Positions 1 through 13,216 of a DNA stretch of 64,000 bases are shown here, piece by piece. Position 1 is the first letter of the stretch; each line of letters opens with the position of its first letter. Position numbers and translations under genes: made by a program. The DNA comes from Tubiluchus corallicola. Lineage: Eukaryota; Animalia; Priapulida. The DNA lies in NCBI GenBank assembly GCA_030141605.1, contig JAQGDQ010000063.1:434001-498000 (forward strand). Reading direction: 5' to 3'. The notes beneath the pieces were generated by a model, which was not told the DNA's origin, did no database searches, and saw nothing but the letters and a program-made list of their open reading frames with translations.

Positions 1-1850
1 GATGAACGATAACGATCACCTCCAAAAATGCTTGTAAATGGCGTTTGTTCTGATTTTATTATATTGACGAACTTTTACGTTTGGAAATTGTAAATGACCA
101 AATGTAATTTCTCGTGAAATTGCCACCTATTATAACAGTAGTTAGAAAACAAATTGAATTACTAACTACTCTGTATATATATAATAACCTAAAAGCGTTA
201 TTACACGTACACTTCGAAATTTGCTTAAAGTAACCCAAAGTATAATTTCTCTCTTTAACTAGCCTCTAACGTCAGTAGTCAATCAGGCACAGTAAACGTT
301 ATGTAACAAGCACTCGGCTGATGGTGTGAATGCAGGGCAGAGTCTACGAGCAGCTACATTCTAAACACAGCCTTCAGCGCTCAGCAGTATAAACTGTTGA
401 TTAAATGAGACGAAACCAAATAAGCACGGGTAGGAGAGGCAAACGGTTCAAACAGTTTTACAAGCTCAGCTTGGATTATTCACAGGCTAACTGAGTTTAA
501 CCCTAGTATGATGCAGATGAGGACATGTCACAGACGACTCCTGACCCAAAGCAACTGCAGGCACGTGCCGTTGTCTATCATAAAATGTAAAACGAAGAGC
601 ATCTGTCTAAAAACATTTCAGAAACAGATACCGACCTGTATCCCGAGGAAGTACAGAGCTACAAACAAATCAAGTTGATGGAATGAAACCCAGCAGTCAC
701 AATACTCTAAGTCTAGGCTTATGTACAAATACTTCTTATAATTATATACAGTGGAAACATGTTAATTTGCATAAAGATGTCCGAAGACAGTATAAACCTG
801 TGCAACATTAAGATGCAGCACAAAAGTTTCAGCATTAGAGATTTACTCCTCCCTGGGGAGTCCTACAACTGTGAGAAAATGGCTCCAGTTGAAAGACTTA
901 CAACGAAAAGTCATTAGATGAAGCCATTAGCGTTAACCAGTATTTCTAGAATCAATCATTCACATGCTGGATGCTGCAGTAACTCCCTTGCCTTACAGTG
1001 AGAGAAGAAAGTGAATTATAGAACATCTACATAATTACACTAGACATGCAGGAAAACTGATCAATGTGATGTTACTTACTATGTGATGATCATACAGTCA
1101 ACAAGCGTTCAAGAATGTTGACTTCAACAAAGACGCGCGTAGGTTATTGTCATGATATTGACTGTATTCAACAAAACTGCACAAATAATAATTATAGTGG
1201 GAACAGTGGTTAACCCAGTTGTCTAAACTTACTACTAAGCATTTATAATAATTCTGACAATAATGCCAAAAAACCATTTTTTGCAATTCATACTTTGAGA
1301 CTAATAATATTGTAATCATTGAATCACTCATGATCGATACGCCTACAGTGACGCATGTAAACCTATAAAACAGGGTAACCGCAAAATCAAATATTAGTTT
1401 TCATTTATTAGTTTTTATTTATTTTAAATCAGACAAAAGTGTTGCCACTTCTGACTGATTTAAAATAAAATGAGCTCCGGAACTGCAAGTTCCTGGCGCA
1501 GAACAGACCAGCTGGCTTTAGCAAACTCTGACTGCTGGAATATTTTCAACTAAAAATTCATCATAAATGCATATCTACGCGAAGTTTATCCTTAATCTAG
1601 AAAAAATTATATAGGTTTTACATGCCGCAGCTTTATATAGTATATTGAATTTCGGCACTTGCTAGGTTTTATACGCAGGAACACATTCAGTTTATAGTTT
1701 TATGATGTTGTTTCAAAACTTTTTTGACGGCTATGAACTTTTAACAGTTTCGCAAATAAAAAACGTTCGGTGTTAAGTTTTTTTGGGAAATACACCCCAC
1801 AGTATTTCACGCTCCGTATGAACTGCCTGTGACTTCCAACAGAGTTATGA

Positions 1851-2201
1851 AGCGCACCACGCGTCAAACCTGAGCAATGGCAGCGCACCACGCGTCAAAC
1901 CTGAGCAATGGCAGCGCACCACGCGTCAAACATGAGCAATGACAGCGCACCACGAGTCAAACCTGAGCAATGGCAGCGCACCACGCGTCAAACCTGAGCA
2001 ATGGCAGCGCACCACGCGTCAAACCTGAGCAATGGCAGCGCACCACGCGTCAAACCTGAGCAATGGCAGCGCACCACGCGTCAAACCTGACCAATGGCAG
2101 CGCACCACGCGTCAAACCTGAGCAATGGCAGCGCACCACGTGTCAAACCTGAGCAATGGCAGCGCACCACACGTTAAACTTGAGCAATGGCAGCGCACCA
2201 C
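1851..2201. repeat. 31-bp GC-rich minisatellite (~11 copies; AGCGCACCACGCGTCAAACCTGAGCAATGGC)
   Basis: Period 31 (1851 vs 1882). Confidence 0.97.
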
Positions 2202-2761
2202 ACCTCATTCTAAGCATCATATAAACTGCCTATGAATTCTAAGGACCCGTATAGCTGGAAATGCACGACGCATGATTTCACCTTCTCACAACAATGACAA
2301 CACTCAATATTATGCGATAATAAAAACATTTCAGGAAACATTTCTTGGCCTGAAAAATTACAATGAATCGATTTCTAGTACATATGTAATAATAATTGGA
2401 AATTAACGTGAAATGGGGCGAAGTTTATGACAAAAGAGCGGCCAGCCGGCCGCAGGATCAGATGTTAATGAGTTTAATCTATTGCGTTGACAAAAAGTGC
2501 TCACTGATTTGTGAGTAATAGCTGCTCAAGTAAAAACAAATTTCCCACAGAAACAACAGTTGAAATTCCAGTAAACAGAAGTACGATTAATTTATCATGT
2601 CATCTCAGATGTAAAATTATTATTTAATGAGCAGTGATCATAACTCGTATATATATATCAAAATTGATTTACATCATAGTTATTTAATAGGTTAATAGTA
2701 GATATATAGTACGTTCTTGGACTAACATTTGTACATTAGAGTCAGAGTAGAATAAAGAATG

Positions 2762-2977
<216 letters not shown>

Positions 2978-3202
2978 AATGTTACTGTTTAAATAACATT
3001 TAGATGTCGTCTCAATCCAAGCACAACTTTGGGCATTATTGAGTAAGGCCAGTAACTAGTGAGTAATTTGTGTTTGCATGTCTATCTACCTGGCTCACGG
3101 GAACCAATGAAACAAACCATCACCAAGAACATAAAAGCAGCCATATTAACACGGCAAAACAATAATTTAACACTGAGGGTGAAAACAAATAAAATGTCAT
3201 AC

Positions 3203-3274
3203 CTGATATAGGTGCCGCTAGTGCGCTGCTCAGGATTTGATCGTGCATCACGAGTGCCCTCTACTTTTCGAGGC
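3203..3274 (-). CDS. Candidate shared internal exon (72 nt, phase 2/2; PRKVEGTRDARSNPEQRTSGTYI)
   Basis: TTATTGTTTACAG acceptor, AG|GTATGA donor, GC-richer than flanks, open when entered in phase 2. Confidence 0.55.
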
Positions 3275-4902
3275 CTGTAAACAATAATTACAGACATGCA
3301 CGTAACAATATGGACAAACACATACTGTAAGCAATTAAATTCAGATAATTTGTTTGAATTTGAAAAAATATTTCTGAGCAATGAACTTTGCTGATTGTGA
3401 ATCACAGTGGAAATTTTCTTACTTTACGTAAAATTTACGACTAAATTTCAACTAATGTTAAATCAGATAAAGTCATTGTAAAGAAAAGATAATATTTCTC
3501 AAATTTTGCATCATTTTTGCAACTAATATTATAACAGGTAGCGATGAGCTCCTTAATGAAAACTTCAAAAGGTCCATTATTAAATTTTAGTATTAACAAC
3601 GTGCGTTTCACATAAAATATAAGCATGCCTTGAGTACAGACTAATTTTAAATAGCAAACCCCTGTTCTCAAGATAACATTAAAAATAGCATGACAATGCC
3701 CAAGAGAAAACTAAAACAGAGGTAAAGTTAATTTAATAAAAGAAAAAACCAGTGCGAAGAATACGTAAAGCAAATTAGTCAAAGGCGTGTGACAGGTCCA
3801 TAGTAGTTAACACAAACGTGCCTTTAATAGAAAAAGAAACACACAAAAATTCTAACTTAATTAATATTTGAAATGGTCTCGCACAGAGTATGCAACCATT
3901 TCATAATACACTCTAGACATAACTCACACTCATTCAGGACGAGGGAAAACAATTCTACGTGACAATGCAGTTTAAAAAAAATTAGCCAAGTTGCACTAAA
4001 TTGAGCCAGTAAGGAGGATACAGGTTTGACCTTCATTTTCTATCGAAGATTTACAGTGCTGAAAATGTCGAACTAAAAATGTATTAAAAATGAAAACTAA
4101 CTGTGTAATAAAAAAGATTAAACTAACACAATTTCCATTGAGAAGCAGTTGTGCAGAATAGCTAGAAGAGTATACACGATGTGTAGGTGTTTTTGCAAGA
4201 AAAGGGCAAGTACATAATGTATGTATAGGTAAATCTCATGGAAGAAAACCAAACACTAGAAAAGCTCCAAGACTGTTGATTTTCTTAAATTTCTAAAGTG
4301 CTTTCTTATCATATTCATTTATGATAAAGCTTGAACAAATTGAAGATTTTATCCATGATCTTAGGTCGCCTTGTATACATAAAAAGAGGGTTACCTTTGT
4401 GTTTACATTCTCTACTTCATAAATTTTGTTGCCTACCTACTTCATCAAAATATATGGTTTGGCAAATACACGACTTTTCACATGACAATAAAATTCATGA
4501 AAGCGCTGGGCCAGCTAACGTTTAATGTAAAACGGTTGAAGCTAGAGAATGACCAGTTTTTATTCAAACTTCCACTAAAACTTCTTCAGCATTTCAAACG
4601 TTTCACGAAATCAATATGTCTAAATTGCTTTTCAGGACAAGAGACATTATATCTTGCTCTCTTCTTAGTGTTAATGAAAAATGAACTGCTTACTAACAAA
4701 ATTTGTTTATGATGATGAAATAAGCCATGAAATAATGGAATTTATAGAAAATATCTCACAACACAGTATCTTGCATTCAATAAAAGTATATTATGCCAGT
4801 GTCTTGGCTTTGGCCTTTGGTATAATATACAGTCTACTCTTACTTTTAAAACATTAAGCATTAAGTATTGTGTCGCTTGATTAAACATCGTCATTTTCTT
4901 AC

Positions 4903-4969
4903 CCGAGAGAAAACGTAAAGTTTTTTGGGTACTTGCGCAGACCATTCTTAGGACTCTGACTCCCAGCAT
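4903..4969 (-). CDS. Candidate first exon resembling a mitochondrial presequence (MLGVRVLRMVCASTQKTLRFLS; phase 1)
   Basis: ATG 4969 to G|GTAAGA donor; R/K-rich, no acidic residues, ends RFLS. Confidence 0.3.
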
Positions 4970-5150
4970 TTCGATCAGTACTGTGTAATTCACCACAAAT
5001 TTTCAAAGGCTGCTTCAATACATTTAATCCATAAGCAGCGGAATGCATTTTATTCACTCATTAATTTCAATTACTGCTAATTGTGCCAAAACTGCCATGT
5101 ACAGACTGTAAACGCTCAATGCACCAAGTTGAAGTTCCAAGTTAACTTAC

Positions 5151-5178
5151 TCAAGTTCATCACTTTTACCGGTAATGG
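5151..5178 (-). CDS. Candidate 28-nt exon (ITGKSDEL; phase 1->2)
   Basis: TATTTTTAG acceptor and GTAAGT donor. Open as phase 1->2; phase-2 entry gives a stop. Confidence 0.3.
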
Positions 5179-6656
5179 CTAAAAATACACTTTTTTACAC
5201 ATAAATACATAGTAAAGAGTAAGGAATCCAAACACTTTAAGCAAACACTAGGAAATTGAAGAACCAGTTGCGTTTACGTAACTTTAAACGACAAAAAATA
5301 CGGGAACACTTTTAAGTTTTCTCTGGGAAGTAATGGGCATAGTGATAAAAATACAAGACGTAGCGATGAACAAGTGCATTCTTTCCGTTTACTCACGCTT
5401 TAGCAGAGTTCACCTACACTGGAAAAGTCAGGACTTTGTAAATCATGTATATACGATTCAAGTCCTTCGATATTCAATAGTATCAGTAACGCACATGATT
5501 TAAAAAAACTAAGGAATTTCACATCTCTATTCATCTCTGTAATGCAACACTAACGATTACGTGCTGTAGTCGTATTCTGGCCGTTTTAGCATACCAGCAA
5601 ATTAGGTTATATCATAATATAAGTCATTGAGAGTGAAATGGTAATTTGTTGAGCTTGCTATCACATGAAGCTTATAAATGAATTAAAGCTGACCCAGTGG
5701 AGGATGCTGGAACAACAGAGTTCATTGCTCGCTGCACAAAAACAACAGGCTATCAATCAAACCTGCACAAGCACAATCCACGTAGAGTGAAATTTCCACG
5801 CAGCGAATGACTGACTGTCATTATGTCAATAAAAACCCAACCCCAATTTGTTTAAATAGCAGCATTAAATCAAATAACCACCCATAAATTACAATAGGAT
5901 GGAGGAATGAATGAACGAAGCCAGTCACGTCATATGATAACGCTGTATGCACTGAATCAGCAAAGCGACATAATTACATAGTACGCTGTACACAATAAAT
6001 GAACTCAGAACTCACAGATAAATCACAATTCAGATTTGATTTATACATGTACAAGTAAAACAGTTTAGTAGTCTTCACATGTAAGATTGTTTAGTTTGCA
6101 TGCAATAATACACGCATTCACAGCGTTTAAATACTTATTCAGGCGCAACTACTTTGAATGAAGGCGTTGAAGGATAACTACTTAACTACGTGTACTGCAA
6201 ACAAAATTACGTGTACTCAAGAAGTACAAAGCGAAACCCACAAAATCACGTGACGAGCTATATAACTCCAACCAATACCTATTACAGCACAGTAACAATA
6301 ATACAGTTCATTGTCACTTTGCCACAGATGGTTTCTACACAATTATGCCTAACGCTGTTTACTGATACCGACTATTGTGCTAATGCAAATCACGTTGAAC
6401 AAAAGTGTATCAATCATGATTCAAAAATCCTGAGATAAATATCAGACACAGCAGCTTCATGGTCTCATTGTCAGATGCATAAGCTCTATATTATCTGCAT
6501 TACGTCTTATTATAAATGACCAGAATCTCAGACAGGGCCTTATTATATAAGCTATATGTAGATTCAGTCATTTAAGTGCTGAATTGCTAGACTTGCTTCT
6601 GTTCCAAGACTCTCTTGGGTTGATGACGCGTTATTGGTTTATTGTAGTTTGTTTGT

Positions 6657-6889
6657 CATATACATACATACATACATACATACATACATACATACATACA
6701 TACATACATACATACATACATACATACATACATACATACATACATACATACATACATACATACATACATACATACATACATACATACATACATACATACA
6801 TACATACATACATACATACATACATACATACATACATACATACATACATACATACATACATACATACATACATACATACATACATACAT
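6657..6889. repeat. (TACA)n microsatellite
   Basis: Direct. Confidence 0.99.
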
Positions 6890-7843
6890 CAATAGGGATG
6901 CGCACAACTTACGTACAGAAAAAAGATGATACCAACACCCTAAAGCCCTTGTGAATGTGACAATCTGTCAGTATTGTGACAGTCAACAGGTAGAAGATGA
7001 AATTCACTTTTTGTTTTACATACTTCTAACAACTTCTACAACCAGTTGAGACGAATTTTTACTCTAATATCATGGACATCAATAGCAAGTTCATTCTTGA
7101 ACATTAACGAAAAACTGAAATTCGAATGAGGGTAGCAACTGCGACATATAATCAAAATAGTCGCCCACTGTATATTTTAGTGTTTTAAAAACGAAATAAA
7201 TAGCACTAACATGTAAATATCGATATATTTAGTTATCACTAATTATTATAATGCTATATGATAATTTGCAATTGTTATTCATTACGATTTCATAACTATA
7301 TACTTGTACTAAAATTACATATACATGTATATTTGTTTTTTGTGTAAATTTACTATGTGTTTCGTAGCTATTATAGTTATAATGTAATAGTTTTATCCTG
7401 TAAGTTTCCCTTTATTTGTTGTTTTGCTGTTGGCCTACCTACGTACGTCGCCGTATTGCATATGCCAATAAATAAACATCTATGTAGTGTCATATACATA
7501 GGGCATTAGCTGTGGACTTAACGTTAGATTTTATCTGTAGCAATTAATGGTATGAGGTGTGGCGTCCGACGTAAGACGATTAAATTCATACAATAGAATA
7601 TAAATTTTGTTTTTATTTTTCGTCTCCCTCAACTTTCACGGCCGTCAGGTCTTTCCCAAAGAGTTATTTCTTGCCTCGACTTTATACTAGGCCTATTCAT
7701 TAAATAGTTACACAGTTAATGATGCGATAAGACAGGATTCCTATATACATACTTGCACAACAAAACTACAGAAGTAATTATGCACACCTTCTTTAAGTAC
7801 TCCGTACAGTTTTTTTACACAGAGCAAATATTAATTTGCTTAC

Positions 7844-7865
7844 TTCGGAAATGAGTTTCCGACAT
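7844..7865 (-). CDS. Candidate alternative first exon E (MSETHFR; phase 1), near an ETS-type CCGGAAGT site
   Basis: ATG 7865, GTAAGC donor; CCGGAAGT at ~7907-7914. Phase 1 would be converted to phase 2 by the 28-nt exon at 5151-5178. Confidence 0.3.
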
Positions 7866-8609
7866 GGGTTCTTCAAAAACGTATTGAAATTTTTGCGTAT
7901 TTTAAACCGGAAGTCTAACCAAATCAATCACATGATCGAGACGACCCCTTAAGACGAATCAGACTTTAGTCATCCACGTTTCATGATTTAGACTTAGCGA
8001 GCAAAACCATGAACATCAACAACAACAACTGTAATAAGCTGTAGTCGATAACATTCACCTACTGTTTTACCTACAATAATGGCTTAATTAGATTCTTAGC
8101 ACTTAAATATTAACCATGATCAGTCTCTTGTCAAATTAACAATAATACGTCTACATTTAGCATATAGTTAGAAATGGCGACTGAAAATTATATTTGTCTA
8201 CGTAATAGACGAACCAATAACATGACTGAATCAGACATTTCAGAATAACCACTGATCTTTTCTGCATAAATTCATTTAAAACATCATTGTTCAAAGAAAC
8301 CAATAATTCTGTCTCCGGCACCACAGACCACAGCAGCCACTCATAAATGGCTAAATGGAATAACTAACTAAATGATGCCGGTGCCAACCCGATGGAAATC
8401 AACAGATGGGTGATTAGGAATAAGCAGATACAGGAAGTCATAACTTTAACAAAACAGAGATAAGTCGAAAATGCTTACCATAGGCCTATACAGTCTTTAT
8501 ACTTTCAGACTGACTATTATGAAATTAAAAAATGACTGTCTATTATAACATTTATTCGTTATAGGATCGTACTAAAGAACAAGTTACGTATAGAGTATTT
8601 CTTTAATTT

Positions 8610-9320
8610 GCCCAAAAATATACAGAAATAAGATGTGCTCTAATTGTCAGCAAGTAAACCAATTTTAATTAAGTCGAACGGACAACGCCTACATGAAAAT
8701 AAACGTTTTATTAAAGGAAGACAAGCTGATTTTTCATATACTGTCTCATTTTCAAGTACGGTAAAAAATATACATTTAACGCCAATAATACTGGAAAGCG
8801 TTTCCGACAGTTAAATAATAGATTAAAATCTTAATTAACAGCGGGCGAGTCCAACTATTGATGACATCACAGACGAACATAATTTTCAACAGCAAAAATA
8901 TTCCTCGAGCGTGTTGCACGTGTTTGTGAAAGAGAAAACTAAAGTACAGCGCTAGTGTAAGATATTCAGTGTGCCATATAAAACTTGGCACTAGTAAGAT
9001 AAAAATTCAAATTTCAAATTTACCGCTGTTTTCACGCATGAGCTGTCGAACGCATGCAGTGCGTCAGAAACGAACACATCTGAACTGAGAGGTACAGTGC
9101 CTGTTTCTTTTGTGCAACGCGTTTTCGAAATGCAGGCGCTAGTGCCCGTCTAATTAGAGAATGGCGAAATGCATGTAACAGCGAAGAGCTAGTGGCGCGA
9201 ACGCGAAATTGCGTTTCGCGTAAGGGATTCTACAAATAATTAATCTATGTCTCCTTTCATTATTTTAAAGAGTAAATTATTTTGACTTACAATTTAAGAT
9301 GGGGTCGGGTTTTGCTTTAA
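8610..9320. mobile_element. Non-autonomous repeat with a TTAA-bounded end (Kolobok-like?), CpG-rich copy
   Basis: Aligns in reverse orientation to 57622-58165, e.g. AAATGCAGGCGCTAGTGCCC and ATGCATGTAACAGCGAAGA. Confidence 0.75.
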
Positions 9321-9404
9321 AACCTAATTTTTAAACTGTACAGGTGTGACTCAACACCCCACAGCCGGGGGGTTTCAGAGCGTATAGTTTAAGGTCCCGT
9401 AGCA

Positions 9405-10975
9405 GACAACATTTGAACACACAGAAAGCTAACAACTGTTATTTAAAGTGAACACACGGCAATATAACAAATGTCATTTGAAGTGAACACACAGCAATCT
9501 AACAAATGTCATTTGAAGTGAACACACAGCAATCTAACAACAGCTATTTGAAGTGAACACACAGCAGGCTAACAACTGACAACATTTGAAATGAACACAT
9601 AGCAACTTAGCAAGTGACAACATTTGAAATGAACACATAGCAACCTAATAACTGACAACATTTGAAATGAACACATAGCAACCTAACAACTGACAACATT
9701 TGAAGTGAACACATAGCAACCTAACAACTGACAATATTTGAAGTGAACACATAGCAACCTAACAACTGACAATATTTGAAGTGAACATATAGCAACCTAA
9801 CAAATGACAATATTTGAAGTGAACACATAGCAACCTAACAACTGACAATATTTGAAGTGAACACATAGCAACCTAACAACAGACAATATTTGAAGTGAAC
9901 ACATAGCAACCTAACAACTGACAATATTTGAAGTGAACACATAGCAACCTAACAACTGACAATATTTGAAGTGAACACATAGCAACCTAACAACAGACAA
10001 TATTTGAAGTGAACACATAGCAACCTAACAACTGACGACATTTGAAGTGAACCCATAGCAACCTAACAACAGACAATATTTGAAGAGAACATATAGCAAC
10101 CTAACAAATGACAATATTTGAAGCGAACACATAGCAACCTAACAACTGACAATATTTGAAGTGAACACAGTTCAACAAACAGCATCGTAACAACTAACGA
10201 TATTTGAAATGAATACGTAGCAACCTAACAACTGGCAACATTTGAAGTGAACACAGTTCAACACATAGCAACCTAACAACTGACAACATTTGAAATGAAC
10301 ACACAGCAACCTAGCAAGTGACAACATTTGAAATGAACACATAGCAACCTAACAACTGACAACATTTGAAGTGAACACATAGCAACCTAACAACTGACAA
10401 CATTTGAAGTGAACACATAGCAACCTAACAACAGACAATATTTGAAGTGAACACAGTTGAAGAAACAGCATCCTAACAACTAACGATATTTGAAATGAAT
10501 ACGCAGCAACCAAGCCAGTAGATACTGACAAAATCTGAAATGAACACAACAACCCACCAGCTGAAACTGTTGAAATGAGCACACGTCAACTTAATAGCTG
10601 ACAACATTTCAACACACAGCAAGTTAACAACTGACATTTGCACTGAATGCACAGCAACCTGAAAGCCAATAACATTGGAAGCTGACATTTGCACTGAATG
10701 CACAGCAACCTGAAAGCCAATAACATTGGAAGTGAACACATACCAAGTTACAACTAACAAGTAACAACGTTTGCATTGAATGTGCAGCAACATAACAACT
10801 GATAACATTTGAAGTGAATGCACAGCAACCTAATAGCGAACGACATTTGCAGTGAGTGTATGTCAACAAGACATAGGCGTTAATTCTTGAAGAAAAAGCA
10901 TAACAATTGAATAAAACTGATGCACAACACATGCAGGCAACCTTGCAGCAGATGATCTTTGAAGTGAATTCAGAA
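9405..10975. repeat. 38-bp minisatellite (TTTGAAGTGAACACATAGCAACCTAACAACTGACAAYA) with homogeneous core and decayed edges
   Basis: Period 38 (e.g. 9661 vs 9699). Confidence 0.95.
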
Positions 10976-11454
10976 CAGGTCAAGGTAAATTACTAATATT
11001 AAATCTCTTCAGAAAAAACTGCTAAATGTCTGTGCAGTGAGTTTGAAAATTTGCTAAATTTGAAGTGTCTTTAGTTCCTCAAACCAATCTGACTATGTCT
11101 ATTTCATTACAGACTTGAAAACCATTTAACACGTTACTTGCCAATATTCCCATTAACATTTCTATCATATTGCAATTCTTTTTACCATTGGTCAGCAGTG
11201 GCCTTCTTATGTTTCGATACAATACAGTAAGGGCATGGCATTAGTCTGTACACATAATACTCTATAGCAATACGCAATTAGCAAGCGAGTGTAGGTATTT
11301 AGAAATCAATGTATGCACAATTGCACATGCAATGGTTTATCTGCCGGTGAATTGAAGTGCTACTAGCGACTATCACGAACAAGCTCTTTTTCTCTCTCCA
11401 TCGTCCTTCCTCTCCCTGCTTCCCCCTCTCTCTTTTCACTTTGCGTGCGTGCGT

Positions 11455-11835
11455 GTGCAGTTGAAGTGGATAGAGCATGTGCCATGTACACAAAGTTCTG
11501 GGTTCAGGTGCTGCTTGGCTCGCAAATTTTTCAGCGTATGTTCCTTTAATTAATTAGCTATTAGCTCAATTGTTGCAAGTACGACGTTCCTCTTAATGTG
11601 TATCTTGGACACCTACAGAAAGATGCACAGACTTATAGTAAACTCCCAGGTGTTGAGTGCAGTGATATATCGCTAGTAATGGATAGGTGGCTCTGACAGA
11701 CTGTGTACTACAGTGCTAGGATGAGAATTCAGATTGACTTTGTCATGTTGTGCTAGCAGCTCAAATGGATAGAGCATGCACTATGTCAGCCCAAGGCTCT
11801 GGGTTCAAGTCCTGGTTCCCCACAATTTTTCAGTG
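11455..11835 (+). mobile_element. Two degenerate tRNA-derived heads (11455-11535 and 11752-11835), SINE-like
   Basis: GCAGCTCAAATGGATAGAGCAT (box A) and GGGTTCAAGTCC (box B), repeated ~300 bp apart, each followed by AATTTTTCAG. Confidence 0.6.
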
Positions 11836-12315
11836 CCTATTCCAATTACACGGCCCTATTGCAGCAGTTTTGGTTTTCCTTTTAATGGTTGTGACTGTCT
11901 GTCTCACTGTCTTTTTCGCTTCTGTCTTTCTGTCTAGCATACATAACAAGCACTTTAATATCGTGAGGCGACGTACTTCATCAAAAACGTGTTAGTATTT
12001 GTACCTATCAAACCACGCAAGCCAGTAAAAATAACTTCCATTTTAGAGCATATAGTTTAGATTTCATCTGACATTACTTGAACTTTCAGGCTAACTTTTG
12101 AGCAGTTAGCCTGAAAAATATTTTTTATCAACAAATCAAGCTTTACTAAATTCCATCCACCTGGTCTTCTTTTGTTTGTTCGCTCATTCATTCGTTCGCT
12201 TGTTAGTTCATTTCATTCAGGCATTCCTATAACGGCAGTGTTCCTGCGAAACGTCATACACAAAAATAGTTTATATCGCGCATAGTGTACATGTAATAAT
12301 ACGTTTATTACTTAC

Positions 12316-12380
12316 CGCACTTTATTCCTAGGAATTCTGCGTATCCACGGGTCAACTTGCGTGCACTCACACATTCTCAT
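12316..12380 (-). CDS. Candidate alternative first exon D (MRMCECTQVDPWIRRIPRNKV; phase 2)
   Basis: ATG-led 65-nt frame with an upstream in-frame stop, ending at CG|GTAAGT. Confidence 0.5.
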
Positions 12381-13216
12381 GAACCAACAGAATCATCTGT
12401 ACCATATAATCTCTACCAACATGCCGATATACTTTTCAAAGGCATTTTTGATGAATTCTAGCAGCTGTTATAGATGAGGCAAACTTAAAATGCACTTCAA
12501 ACTTAGCGCACGCAAATCTGCTAAATGAAAGACAGACTGGGGCTCAACCCAGTTGCTGTGACAGCCCCATATCCGCTCTTTTTAACTAGAGGTGGTAATG
12601 TACGATGTCATAAAGTGTTAAAACTTCTATTCATTCTGCCAATTTGTGGTATTCAGTTATTCTTCATACATGTCAATGCACGTTGAACTTTTAACCAGCA
12701 ACAAGTATTAAACTGAACGTATAGAGACCGAAAACACTATGGTCATGCATTCCATAATTTATAATAGCACAATTCGCTTGAAAAACAATTTACAGAATAT
12801 ACACTGGAGAAGAATTTTAACAGACACACAACTGTGCGTAAGTCACTAGAAATGAGGCACTGATATTACTGTGGCAACGCTGGGTAGCCGAGAATTTCGT
12901 CGGCAAAATAAACGGATTTCATCCATCACTGGCGACAGACTGCAACAAGTTTTATTACTCGGACTAGCGATTACGTCATAGGTAGTACACGCTTGAAATA
13001 CAGTCAACAGAGTCAGTTGAACTCTGTTCAATGAAATAGAACTATTCAAACGTGACTTGATAAGCCATAGTAAAATCCCAGTAATTGTAATATTCTTGTA
13101 TTTCGCTCAAGCAGTCAATAAAGGTAAATTTTATAAGTATAGCAACCTTCTAATTGTATATATATCGTCGATATATACTTGCTTGATCACCTTGAGCCGG
13201 TCTAGAAAAAAAATCA

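Noticed and set aside
1-126. Next constant exon of the left-hand gene
   Set aside because: Acceptors at 127-128 and 50-51 give stops when entered in phase 2; no recognisable domain.
1080-1093. Tiny phase-2 first exon MIIT (GTAAGT donor)
   Set aside because: Too short to support. It ends in TA, which gives a stop if the next exon starts with a purine.
10349-10983. Cys-rich minus-strand ORFs
   Set aside because: Translations of the decayed 38-bp minisatellite.
11752-11830. Functional tRNA gene
   Set aside because: Box A/B are present, but I could not fold a convincing cloverleaf; treated as SINE-like.
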